Source of the DNA: Octopus bimaculoides
Taxonomy: Eukaryota
Reading direction: 5' to 3'
NCBI RefSeq assembly: GCF_001194135.2
Contig: NC_068986.1
Coordinates: 68,354,667 to 68,418,391, forward strand
DNA: 63,725 nt
Positions 35,892 through 48,112 of this stretch are shown piece after piece (within the stretch, counting starts at the first letter, position 1; the number at the start of each line of letters is the position of its first letter). Under the pieces are notes generated by a model that was not told the DNA's origin, searched no databases, and saw nothing but the letters and a program-made list of their open reading frames with translations. Position numbers and translations under genes: made by a program.

Positions 35892-36769
35892 TGTACCATC
35901 TGTATGTTAAGTACAATAACTTGAAAGAGCCTTATAACTAATTACTGGGTTTGCAAGAGATTTTGCAAACCCAATAGTTGGTTATGAGATTCTGGGGCAA
36001 AGTCAACTGCATAAAACTCAAATAGGTATAAGATTTGATATCACTGATTCAACACTGAATTGTCATCAGATGTTTTAATGCTCTCTCTCTCTCTCTGTCT
36101 ATCTATCTATCTATCTGTTTGTCTGTCTGTCTGTCTATCCATCTCTCTGTGTGTGAGAATAATCCTGTGTGTATACATGTATGAGAAGAGGGAAAAGTGC
36201 TATGAGAAATGTGTTCAATTCATAAATTGTAATGTCTCTCTCACTCACTGCTGTCTGTCAAGTGTATGTTTCTGCATTTGCATGCATGTGTATATATGTT
36301 TGCCTCCAGTACTAAAAAGTGCTATCCAAAAAAGATTTTTCAGCATCCCATCAATTCTGCCAAATCGCCAGTATCCAAACAACCACATTTTGTTGTCTCA
36401 CTGTGAGCCCACACCACTTCAATCCAGGTAATATTCAGGTTCTGAGCCCTGAGTGAACATATTATGTGATCAGAGGCATTCCAGGAAACCTGGATTATAT
36501 TATCCAAAGTAGCCTTCATTTTTTAGGATAGTAGAGTGTGACTTTAAAAGAGGCTTGCTTACTATTTCTAGCAGACTCTCTTGTTGACTGAAGTGATGAG
36601 TTGCTGTTGGTTCCAAATAAACTCTGTTTAAACAGATTTATGATAAAAGGCATTCACACCATGGCCATCCAGTCTATTTGATGGTTTTTAGAATTGGATC
36701 ATGTAATGTGTCTTCTTTTTAAAAACAAATTGGTGAGGGATGAATTGTATCATTGTTTCTTTCATTTTT

Positions 36770-37014
36770 TTACTTGTTTCACTCATTAGACTGTGGCCAT
36801 GCTGGGGCACCTCATTGAAGAAATTTTAGTTAAATGAATTGACCCCAGTATTTTTTTTTAAGATTACTACTTATTCTATCGGACTCTTTTGCCTGACTGC
36901 TAAGTTATGGGGATGTAAACACACCAACATCAGTTGTCAAGTGGTGCTGAGGGACAAACACACATTGATATACATATATATATATATATATATATGCCTG
37001 TGTATATGTATATA

Positions 37015-37084
<70 letters not shown>

Positions 37085-37235
37085 ATACGATGGACTTCCT
37101 TCAGTTTCCATCTACCAAATCCATTCACAAGGCTTTGGTTGGCTTCAGCCTATAGTAGAAGACACTTGCCCAAAGTGGCCACACAGTGGGACTGAACCCT
37201 GGACTATGTGGTTGGGAAACAAGCTTCTTACCACC
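36770..37235 (-). mobile_element. SINE family A with an expanded internal (TA)n/(TG)n tract
   Basis: Both halves match 57858-58258 and are separated by about 120 bp of microsatellite. Confidence 0.8.
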
Positions 37236-38329
37236 ATTGGACTGGATTTTTTTTTTTTTTTTTTTTTAGAGATAATTATGGTTATGGAATCAGCACTGCA
37301 CCAAAATGATGAGAAATTTACAATGAAACATTAAGTCTCCATTCTAACAATAGCTATATGCAGAGCACATTTATTTATATGTATTATATAAATTTTATTT
37401 ATATGTATTAGTAGTTGATTTCCGTTGGTTTCAACAATAAGTGCTATTCACTTGTTCGAGCAACTTTGACTTAACTGCTCATTGAATTAGCTATAATTCA
37501 TGAGATGCAAATTTCTAAGCCATTTGACCATGCCTGGCTGACAATTTTGTATTCATTATGTAACTGAGTTGAGCCTAAAACGATCTTGCTTCTAACGTAT
37601 AACTGCTTGGAAAATAGAGATAAGATAACTCTGAGGCAAGGACTGGTATATATCGGGTAATTAGTCGCTTCAAGGAAACTCATTTCAAAAACTTGCAGGC
37701 TAATTATGAGGCATAATTTCAAAACTCAACTACGTGTATGTGGATTAGCCCAGGCAAGTTTACATGGCTAGGGGAGATAACTCTTACGACACTTTTCATA
37801 AACCACATTTAACAATACAGATATCACTATACAGCTTACCAGAGAAGCACTACAGGTAATTTCAGAGAAAGCTATTTTCACTTGAAAGCATGTTTTTGAG
37901 ACCCAAGATCTGAATGTGAAATAATAGATTAAAAATTCAGTTCTCTTCCCGACATGACCCTACATCTATATTATCACCTTTTTTTTTTTCCTAACACTAA
38001 ATAGCAATAAGTTATGTAAGTACGTGATATATCTTTAACAAGGGCAACAGGAAAAATAAAAAATTTCAACATTTTTATCCATTAAAAAAAAAAACTTATA
38101 GGGAGGAAAATATAGATGTGAAAATAATTGAAAACATTTCATACGACAGAAATTGATGCTGGTAGTAAATTTTTACAAATAAAATTCTAATGAAGAAATT
38201 TCATTATTTGTAGAAAACAACTTCTTTTATTCCAAAGGTTTCTAATCCTAAAGTTACAAAACATTTCAACACAACTGGATCACTAGATGCAGCTAAATCA
38301 TATTGTTGTGGAACAATCTCTAAGGGTAG

Positions 38330-39305
38330 GTTAGATCAACACGACTCCTCATCCAGATGCAGAATGTGCAATGATTCAGATGGGATCATAGCTCACATCA
38401 TATTGGAATATTCAATTAGCTTAGAATGAAAACAAAAAGCATAGACATACGATTGCTGCAATAATAAAATGAAACTCTTGCAAGAAATTTGGTCTTGCAT
38501 GCTCAGGAAAAAAAATATATAACCATTTTGTGAGTATAGAAATGCAAAATTGATGAAATGAGGTCATGCACTTTACTATAGAAACCAAAAAAAAAAAGAT
38601 ATAGCACAATAGACCAGAGATAGTAGCTGTTGACAAGAAGAAACTCTATTGCAACCGACATAGTATTCCCAGTTGACACCAGAGAAAAGAAAGGAAAAAG
38701 AAAAACCTTAATAAAGTCATCAACTGCTAGAACAGGGAAGTTAACAAGCTTATAATAACACAAATTGTTATAAGCTTTGAGGACAGTGACAACAAAAAAA
38801 ATTGAGAATAAACCTTGAAAAATTTGCTCTTAGCCTGGGAGAAGGCTCAGTGCAGAAACATGTCTACTAGAGGATCAGCAAGAATTATCTGAGAAGTTCT
38901 CAATACAATGTAAGAACTGATATGAAAAGCAGAAAAAATTTCTATACAAAATGTATAAAGTACTCTTTATCCTACATCATGAATTCCAGTTTAATTGGAA
39001 GCATAATTAAACTAGGCACAAGACCAATCCCCTGAAGCATAATATACCTGTGATAATTGGTGCATTGGGAACTGTAATCAAAAATATAGACAAATGGTTG
39101 ACAGTGACAGGAATAGAATGCCCTGAAGAGCTTCTACAGAAAGTTTACCTCTTAGGAACAGGAAAGATTATCAGGAGGGTTTTAAGCACTTGAAAGACTC
39201 TTTGAAAGTTGGTGGATACCTAAGGTTACATGCAGTAACCTGCTACCCACACAAATTTTACAAGGAATAAGACTGAACCTGAGTCAAATCAATAATAATA
39301 ATAAT
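38330..39305 (+). mobile_element. R4/Dong-like non-LTR retrotransposon 3' part (CCHC and RLE endonuclease) ending in (AAT)n
   Basis: CRMCNDSDGIIAHII, HNRPEIVAVDKK, IPVIIGALGTVIKNIDKWL..LLQKVYLLGTGKIIRRVLST*, then 3' UTR and AAT repeats at 39291. Confidence 0.75.
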
Positions 39306-39517
39306 CTTTTCTACTAAAGGCACAAGGTCTGAAATTTGGGGGTTGGGACTAGTCATTTACATCGACCCCAGTACTTGACTGGTACTTAATTTATCAACCC
39401 TGAAAGGATGAAAGGCAAAGTTGATCTCGGCAGAATTTGAACTTGGAATATGAAAATCGGCGAAATACCTCTAAGCATTTTGCCTGACATGCTAACGATT
39501 CTGCCAGCTCGCTGCCT

Positions 39518-39555
<38 letters not shown>

Positions 39556-39982
39556 TCTTTCTACTATAGGCACAAGGCCTGAAATTTGTGGGGAGTGGGT
39601 AAGTAGATCACATCGACTGGTACTTAATTTATCAACCCCAAAAGGATGAAAGGCAAAGTCAACGTCGGCAGAATTTGAACTCAGAACATAAAGACAGGCA
39701 AAATATCACTAAGCATTTTGCCAAGCATACTAACAATTCAGCCAGCTTGCTGCCTTTAATAATAATAATAATAATAATAATAATGGTTTCAAGTTTTGCC
39801 ACAAGGGCAGCAATTTTGGGGGAGGGGATGAGTCAATTACATTGACCCCAGTGTTCAACTGGTACTTACTTTATCAACCCCAAAAGAATGAAAGACAAAG
39901 TCGACCTCAGCAGAATTTGAACTCAGAACGTGAAGATGGATGAAATGCCACAAAGCACTTCACTCTGCATGCTAAAGATTCT
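39306..39982 (-). mobile_element. Three tandem SINE family B copies separated by (AAT)n
   Basis: Copies at about 39306-39518, 39557-39756 and 39785-39982; spacers 39520-39556 and 39758-39784. Confidence 0.85.
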
Positions 39983-39984
39983 TT

Positions 39985-40597
39985 GTAAGATGTGTGGCAT
40001 CAAAACTGAAACAGTCCACATCTTGTAAGTTAGCATAGCAAATTGGCTCAAAAAGAAATACAAAAAAAAAAGGAGGCACGATGACATAGCTAGGTATGTT
40101 TGTTAGAGATTGTATGAAAAAGTTCAGTCTTGAAAGGACACTGAAATAGTACAAGCATAAACCAGAGAGTGTCACTGAGAATAATGAGGGATTTTATAAT
40201 CCAGTCTGATTCATACTGAGACTATACATTGGTGTAGTTGCTAAAATGATGAAGGAAGCCAAAATTATAGATATTCCCATACCTGAGGACGTATAGGTGG
40301 ATGATAAAGAACTGGAAAAAATTGAGAAGTACAAGCCACTACAAGATGAGACTGTATGAATGTGAGCAACAAAAAAGTTACCATCATCCCAGCATTGGGA
40401 TCATTAGCAATGTTTGAAAATTTTGTTGGTGAAATTGGGATTAATACAAAGGTAGAACATGCTTAGAAAACTGCTTTATTGGGAACAGTGAGGATTTAGA
40501 GACAGGTACTTGGATGTCAAGCATTGTGAAGGAAGACCCTTGACTCTTGACCCTCTTAGAGAATTAGCAAGAGCTCTGAGAAGTGAAATGTATGATG
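39985..40597 (+). mobile_element. Second R4/Dong-like 3' fragment
   Basis: CKMCGIKTETVHI, RRHDDIARYV, HKPESVTEN, KIIDIPIPED..ELEKIEKYKPL, KTALLGTVRI. Confidence 0.75.
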
Positions 40598-40649
<52 letters not shown>

Positions 40650-40663
40650 CAACAACAACAACA
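40598..40663. repeat. (AAT)n(AAC)n microsatellite
   Basis: Direct reading; it explains the poly-N/L/I ORFs here. Confidence 0.95.
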
Positions 40664-41227
40664 ATAAATTCCCTGATGCAATACCATGCAGTGACTCTCA
40701 TGGCTTTTGATCTTAACTGAGTGGAAGTGTCATCATGTACATTGTTTTGTCTTGGTATAAATGATGGGCAACAACAAATATTCTGCTGAATACCACAGAT
40801 TTGCATGTCAGTTGCTTGATGTTAACCAGTTGAGCTTGTCCCTTAGTGACTGACAATATGTGCAACTCTGATCACAAGTAGAAGTAGGGGGAGCATCATA
40901 ACCATGTGTTGAGAGGAATTCTTTGGGGTTTGAATAATTCACCTCTGAAAACATGAGTGTTCTGTTCAACATCCTTAAACAAACCTTTTGAGCAGGATGG
41001 GCTACTCAACCTGAAGAAAATTCTAACTGGGCCCCACCTACAAGGTCATGCATGTGTTTATCATGATATGAAATCACCATGTTACGCACGTAGGGTTATG
41101 ATGCATGTGCCTGATTTACCCTTATCAAATGGGTAGTCATAATGGGTATATTGAGCTTCATATATTTTACCCCAGTGTCACTTTGATGGCATGCTCTGCT
41201 CTCTCACTCAATAACAATGATAATAAT

Positions 41228-41928
41228 TCCTCTTTCTATTATAGACATCAGGCCTGAAATTTGGAGGGAGAGTGCCAGCCAATTACAGCAATACACAACT
41301 GGTACTTATTTTATCAATCCTGAAAGGATGAAAGATAAAGTCCGCTTTGGTGGAATTTGAACCCAGAAAATGAAGAGCCAGATGAAAAACTGATAAGTAT
41401 TTTTCCCAGCTTGCAAACAATTCTCCCGGTTGCCCACCTAATAATGATAGTGATAATAATAATAATAATCCTTTCTACTATAGGCAAAAGACCTGCAATT
41501 TGTGGGAGGGAGATAGTCAATTATATCAACCCCAGTGTTTCATTGGTACTTATTTCATCAACTCCAAAAGGATGAAAGGTAAAGTTGACCTTGACAGAAT
41601 TTGAACTCAGAACATAAGGACAGATGAAATGCCACTAAGCATTTTGTCTAGCATGCTAACAATTCTGCCAGCTTGCTTCCTTAATAAATAATAATAATAA
41701 TAATTATTATTATTATTATTTCAATTTTTTTTTTCCACAAGGGCAGCTTGGAAGAGGTGGGAATGAGTTGATTACATCGACCCCAGTGTTCAGCAGGTAC
41801 TTATTTTATCGATCCCCTAAAAGGGAGAAAGGTAAAAATGACCTCAGCAGAATTTGAACTCAGAATGTAGAGACAGGCGAAGTACCACTAAACATTTCAC
41901 ACCAGCATGCTAACAATTCTGCCAGCTT
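41228..41928 (-). mobile_element. Second tandem array of three SINE family B copies with AAT-rich spacers
   Basis: Copies at about 41228-41438, 41470-41682 and 41720-41928. Confidence 0.8.
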
Positions 41929-43450
41929 AATGATAATAATAATAACTAGCTGGAACCGTGAAAAATTCATGGAAAACAAAAAATGTAAGAATCTGTAAAC
42001 AGTGTACTGGTACCATGAGAAATATTTGTATATTATGACCGTTTATCTTTACATTCTGAGTTCAAATTCTGCTGAGGTCGACTTTGCCTTCCATCCTTTC
42101 GGGGTCGATAAATTAAATACCAGTTGTGTACTAGAGTCGATCTAATCAACTGGCCCCCTCCCCACAAAAATTTCAGGCCTAGAAGAGTATATTGTGACAG
42201 TTACAGAATAAAGAAAGTAACATTACACTAATGACTATATAATCCAACCAAAATATCTGTTACACAAACGCAAATGGAATTACTATTTAACCTTAAAATA
42301 CATCATACATATTCAAAGAACCATAATGTACAAATTGAAATGCAAAAGAATGAAATAATAAATGGATTTATGAATGAAAGTTTGGAAATTACATTTATTT
42401 CCACCACACAACACTTATTATCGCAAACATGTTTTAACTAACCTAAACTATACACACACACAAATACATTCATATGTCTCGAGTTGTAGCTGTAATTCAA
42501 AGGGGCCAGCCTTGTCATATTCTGTGTGAGGCTGAATTTCCCTGAGAACTATGTTAATGTTATGCATGTCTGTGTTATGCCATTTGTGAGTTAATTTTAT
42601 TGTGTGGTAATGAAAAGTGAAATTGACGTCCAACATTTGCTGTGTCTATGTATCAATGTATGAACTTTTCTTTGGATTTATGTATCTACTATCTCCCTCA
42701 CTTTCGCTCTTTCTCTTTCACTTCTTTTGTGTCCCTCTTCTCTCCTGCTTTTGATTTAACATTTAACAATGTGTATATGTATCTACTTCTCTTGTGATGT
42801 GATAAATATTTAAAAACACAAAACGAACGCCATCACCACTCACTGTCTCTTTCACTCTCTCTTTCACACTCACTTTCTCTCTCTCGTTTTGCCACTTCTT
42901 TGAAGTGTGACGCACACATCAGGTACTATCAACACCAATTCTTAAATTGTACTTTACTGACCTCAAAAGTATGAATAGTAAAATTGACCTCAGTGGAATA
43001 TGAACTCAAAGCATAAAGAGCCAGAAGAAATACCACAAAGCAGTTTTTCCAATGCTATCAATTCTAAGGACACAGTAGAATGAATTCTACCACACGCTGT
43101 TACTTACAAACAGATTCTACATTTGTTATATAATGCTTGAATTTTTTATTGTGAACAATTTTTAACTTTCAATCATGCCATACCATCCATCTATTTCCAT
43201 CCTTTTTCAGTAATTATTTTTTGAAAGGTTCATTGCAGTAGTTCTCAACAATTTTTTACCTATGAACCTCTTTAATTTTTTTTAAAGTCTTCTGGCTATT
43301 TACTGTCTGGGTTCAAATTCCAGCAAAGTAGACTTTGCTTTTCATCCTCTTGGGATCGATAAAATAAGTACCAGTCATATTTTGGGATTGCTGTAATTTC
43401 AGGCTTTGTGCCTATAATAGAAAGAAGTATTATTATTATTATTATTATTA

Positions 43451-43660
43451 TGCATTTCGCTTCCCAGAGTTCTTGAATTCACTTGCTCCAGTTAATTAAG
43501 AGAGTCAAGGGTCTTACAGTCTTCCTTCACAATACTTGACATCCAAGTACCAGTTTCTAAATCCTCATTGTTCCAATAAAGCAGTTTTCTGAGCATGTTC
43601 TATCCTTGTATCAATCCCAATTTCTGCAACTTGGTTGCTAAAGTTCCTAATGCTGGGATG
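43451..43660 (-). mobile_element. Third R4/Dong-like 3' end
   Basis: EIGIDTRIEHAQKTALLE plus a 3' UTR similar to 40500-40597, ending in (AAT)n at about 43430-43450. Confidence 0.7.
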
Positions 43661-43696
43661 ATGGTTATTTTTTTTGTTGTTGCCTACATTCATACA

Positions 43697-44086
43697 GTGG
43701 AGGCGCAATGGCCCAGTAGTTAGGGCAGTGGACTCGCGGTCATAGGATCGTGGTTTCGATTCCCAGACCGGGTGTTGTGAGTGTTTATTGAGCGAAAACA
43801 CCTAAAGCTCCACGAGGCTCCGGCAGGGGATAGTGGCGAACCCTGCTGTACTCTTCCACCACAACTTTCTCTCACTCTTACTTCCTGTTTCTGTTGTGCC
43901 TGTAATTCAAAGGGTCAGCCTTGTCACACTCTGTTTCACGCTGAATATCCCCGAGAACTACGTTAAGGGTACACGTGTCTGTGGAGTGCTCAGCCACTTG
44001 CACGCTAATTTCATGAGCAGGCTGTTCTGTTGATCGGTTCAACTGGAACCCTCGACGCCGTAAGCGACGGAGTGCCAACAACAAAA
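43697..44086 (+). mobile_element. Full-length SINE family E
   Basis: 11-bp TSD ACATTCATACA at 43686-43696 and 44087-44097. Confidence 0.9.
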
Positions 44087-44769
44087 ACATTCATACATCT
44101 CGTCTTGTAGTGGCTTGCACTTCTCAGTCTTTGATTTGTATTTTACTCAAATGGACCCTGACAGCTAATCAATGTATAAAAAAAAATCATATTTTTATAA
44201 TTAAACATCATTAGTAACTGTATTTAAAAAGATGTTAGAATATTTTATGTATTGTAGAAGCATAACCAATTTATTGCAGATAAATTTTAGCAACAAACTG
44301 TTATATAGACTGCCCCCACCCTCACCCAAGGGCCATATGGACCCTGGTTAAGAACCACTGGGGTAGAGTTCAGGCACCTCTTCCATAGGGTCCTGTCAGA
44401 TCAACCACTATTACATTTCTTGGCTGGATTCTCAAGCATGACTAACTGAGACTATAAAAAGAAAAAGTTATCTTCTCAAGCTATACCGACTCATAAGGGC
44501 CGGTTTCGCAGTCACATGGCACATATTCCCCACCTGAACAGGATGCCAGTCCGTCACAGAATTACTCATTTTTGCCAGCTGAGTGAACTGGAGCAACATA
44601 AAATGAAGTGTTTTTCTCAAGAACACGACGCATCCCTCGTCCAGGAATCGAAACCACAATCTTATGATCATGGGTCTAACATCCTAACCACTAAGCCACG
44701 CACCTCCACAACTGAGACTATGGATACCATCCAGCCATCTCACTCATAGTCTGCCCCTATATAACTCAA

Positions 44770-44950
44770 CTACAAGGAATTTGTCTTGTGATTTTTTTCC
44801 TGTGACATTCTGACCACATGTCCATCGTACCAGAGCTGTGACCTCTCAATGCAGAAAAGTAGCAGCTCAACCTGGAGAGACTCCTTCATCTTTGACCTAC
44901 ACACCCTTGAGAAATGTAACTTCAGAGATCCTGTGAGAAATTTCATATTT
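44770..44950 (-). mobile_element. RTE-like LINE fragment
   Basis: SLQVELLLFCIERSQLWYDGHVVRMSQE resembles the RTE LRWFGHVxRM motif. Confidence 0.6.
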
Positions 44951-46615
44951 TGCTGCACAGGAATGAATAGGCACAGGCGTGGTTGTGAAATTTGCTTCCC
45001 AAGCACAATTCCAGGTTCAGTCCCACTGCATGCCACCTTGGGTAAGTGTATTCTATTATAGCCCTAAGCTGACCAAAGCCTTGCAAATGGATTTGGTAGA
45101 CAGAAACTGAAAGAAACTTGTCATGTGTGTGTATATGTCTTTGTGCTTGTCTGCCATCTCCACTTGACAACCAATTTTGGTTTGTTTACTTTGCCATAAT
45201 TTAGCAGTTCAGCAAAGGGACTGATAGAATAAGTAGTGGGTTTGACAAAATAAGCACTAGAGTCAATTCATTTGACTAAAAACGTTTCAAGGTGGTGCCC
45301 CAGTATGGCCACTGTCCAATGACTGAAACAAATAAAAGGCATTAGATTTCTTCATGATTAATGATCTGATTGCTTCATAAATATTAAACATTTTTCCACA
45401 AAGGAAAATTTCAAATTCTTTGAAATGAAAAATTGTATGACGTCATCTGTATGCTAAATCAAGGTTGATCTACAGTTAAACATCAACAATATATACACCT
45501 ATTCTTTCTAGTTGTTCAAATACAAAGCTATAATTTATAACAGATTCCACTACAGGTAATGAAATACTTCTCATAGCAAAGTTTAGGATGAAAACAATAG
45601 AAAATTTTGATAATCTGTACTAATTAAAACTAATTATACATGTGTATTTAAAGCTATTCATTTATGTTTCTGCACTTCTTCCCATGAGTAATAGAGTGAT
45701 GGTCAAAAACTATGAAGTCTGTCTGAGTAAGAAATAAATTACATAAATAAAAATTTAGGAGCAGGTGTGGTTGTGTAGTAAGATGTTTAGTTTCCAACAA
45801 TATGGTTCTGGTTCAATCCCATTGCATGGCACCTTGGGCAAGTGTCTTCTATGATAGCCTCAAGCTAACCAAAGCATTGTGAATGAATTTGGTAGACAAA
45901 AACTAAAAGAAGACCATCACATGCAAGCATGTATGTATGTATGTCTTACAGTATGTATGTGTGTGTGTGTGGAGGGTGGTGCTACTGTCACCTTGCTTTG
46001 CCGTCACAATAATTGTAAACAAGTGTCACCATCATGCCATCATGCCAAGAGTGTCTTTCATTCCCATTCTTCCATGAAAACATGTCTAGTTATGGGGAAA
46101 TATTATCTTACTTGTAAAGAAGTAAGGGTTAGCAACAGGAAGGGCATCTGGCAGTAGAAAATCCCCCTCAACAGTATTCTGTCCAACCCATGCAAGCATG
46201 GAAAAGTGGATATCAAAACAATGATGATGATGATGATGATGATATTTTAGTATAAAAATACTCAATGTAACAATGATATGAAATTTCGTGTGAGTGACAT
46301 TTTTACAGCATTACAGAAGGCAGCCAACAAAATAATGACTAAAGACCACCTGACCTAAAAAAAAAAAAAAGAGAGAGAGAGAGAATGAGAGCTTAGACCG
46401 TTGACATATTCAAACAGATTTAGGCCAGGCACTTATTGCAGATGAATGAGAAAATCTTCAAGCTTTACAGCACATCCTTCAATGAGAGATTCCACTATCC
46501 ATTGTTGAAGGATGGATAAAATATGTCAAACAAATCATTTCTGTTTTCTTCATAAACCATAACTAACAAAATAACAAAATTTTTAAGCAGTTTCAAACAC
46601 CCAGACATCAAGCTA

Positions 46616-47906
46616 TGAAGGGTGTTCATTGAAGATTTCTCCAGACCCACTTCTGGTTATTGCAGGAAATGGAACTTGTATAGGTATAATCATACATGTC
46701 TCTACATGTCACATTGTAAATTGCAGCTTTCCACTAGTATTCATTTGTCTTTTACAGCTGCTGAAGTGGACTAACGCATTAGAATGGAGGCAGTTGAATG
46801 CAGATCAGTGATCAGGTTCTTATACTTGAAAGGTTGTACACCAAAAGAGACTATCGATGGGATGAAAGAAGTTTATGGTGACGATGCACCATCATACAAT
46901 GTAGTCAAGCACTGGCATTGCCAGTTCAAATGCGGTCAGACATCAGTGGAAACTGCTCCTATTACTGAACCACATTCCGTCATTGATGATGACACCATCC
47001 ATAAAGTGGAAGCCACCATTTTAGAGAATCACCGCATAATTATTTGGCAACTAGCCCAAGAAGTGAAGATAAGTGTAGGGTCCATGGTAAAAATCATTCA
47101 TGACAATTTGCACATACAGAAGTTGTCTACACGATGGATTCCCCTGATGTTCACACCTTTTCAGGAGCAGGAATGAGTCAATTGCTGCCAGGTTCTTCTG
47201 GCAATGTACCAAGAGAATGAGCAAGTCTTTTTTAACAGACTTATCACACAGGATGAAACATGGGTCCATCACTGTAATCCTGAGACAAAAGTCCAGTCGA
47301 AGCAATGGAAGCACAATAATTCACTACCTCAAAAGAAGGCTCGTGTCCAACCCTCAGCAGGCAAGGTAATGTTTGTAGTCATTTGGGACCAGCACGAAGT
47401 AGTGATGATGGATTTTCTGGCAAAGGACACCATAATTAACAGGGCATATCATGCTTGTCTGCTGCAGAAATTGCAGGATGCCATCAAAGCAGAGAGGTGT
47501 GGCATGCTGACCAAAGGAGCCTGCCTCCTCCAAAATAATGCCCCAGTTCACAATGTGCATGGGGGTCAGATGAAAGCACACTCCTGCAGCTATGAAATCC
47601 TTTCTCATTCTTCTTACTCTCCCAACCTTGCACCATCTGACTTCCACCTCTTTCCAACCATGAAGTCTTTTTTGAAAGGGAAGCACTTTTTTGATGATGA
47701 CGAACTTATTTCCAAGGTAAAGTCTTGGCTCCAGACGTAACCTACCGGCTTCTACAGACGAAGTCTTCACATCTACATAAAGCAATGGGAGAAGTGTGTC
47801 GCCATTGATGGGGGCTATGTAGAGAAGCACTAATAATTATGCCAAGTTTCATTTATCCCAATCCTTGGGAAGTAGGTCAGAGGAAATCTTTAATGAACAC
47901 TCTTTG
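46616..47906 (+). mobile_element. Full-length (1291 bp) inactivated mariner (DD34D, irritans-like)
   Basis: TA on both sides; imperfect TIRs of about 30 bp (TGAAGGGTGTTCATTGAAGATTTC / GAAATCTTTAATGAACACTCTTTG); transposase from 46784 with stops at 47174 and 47738; WIPLMF, LITQDETW, LQNNAPVH and YSPNLAPSDF motifs. Confidence 0.92.
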
Positions 47907-48063
47907 TAATTTATTGCAAATTGTAGAAAACACTGAATACATATTGCAAGCCTTTTTGTTTTAATTATCATCAACTGAAAATCAGAGGTAAAGGGGAGTC
48001 TCTGATTCCTTTTATCTCTGAATCTTCTTCATCAATAATCTTTTTCACAAAACTTTGAAAAAT

Positions 48064-48112
<49 letters not shown>

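Noticed and set aside
39291-41928. Regular repeat-spacer arrays resembling CRISPR
   Set aside because: The units are SINE copies of about 200 bp separated by microsatellite, in eukaryotic intron-containing DNA with no cas genes
43236-44360. hAT MITE enclosing the SINE/R4/SINE nest
   Set aside because: TIR-like ends are present but the 8-bp flanks (GTTCATTG / GGTAGAGT) do not match, so a single element is not supported
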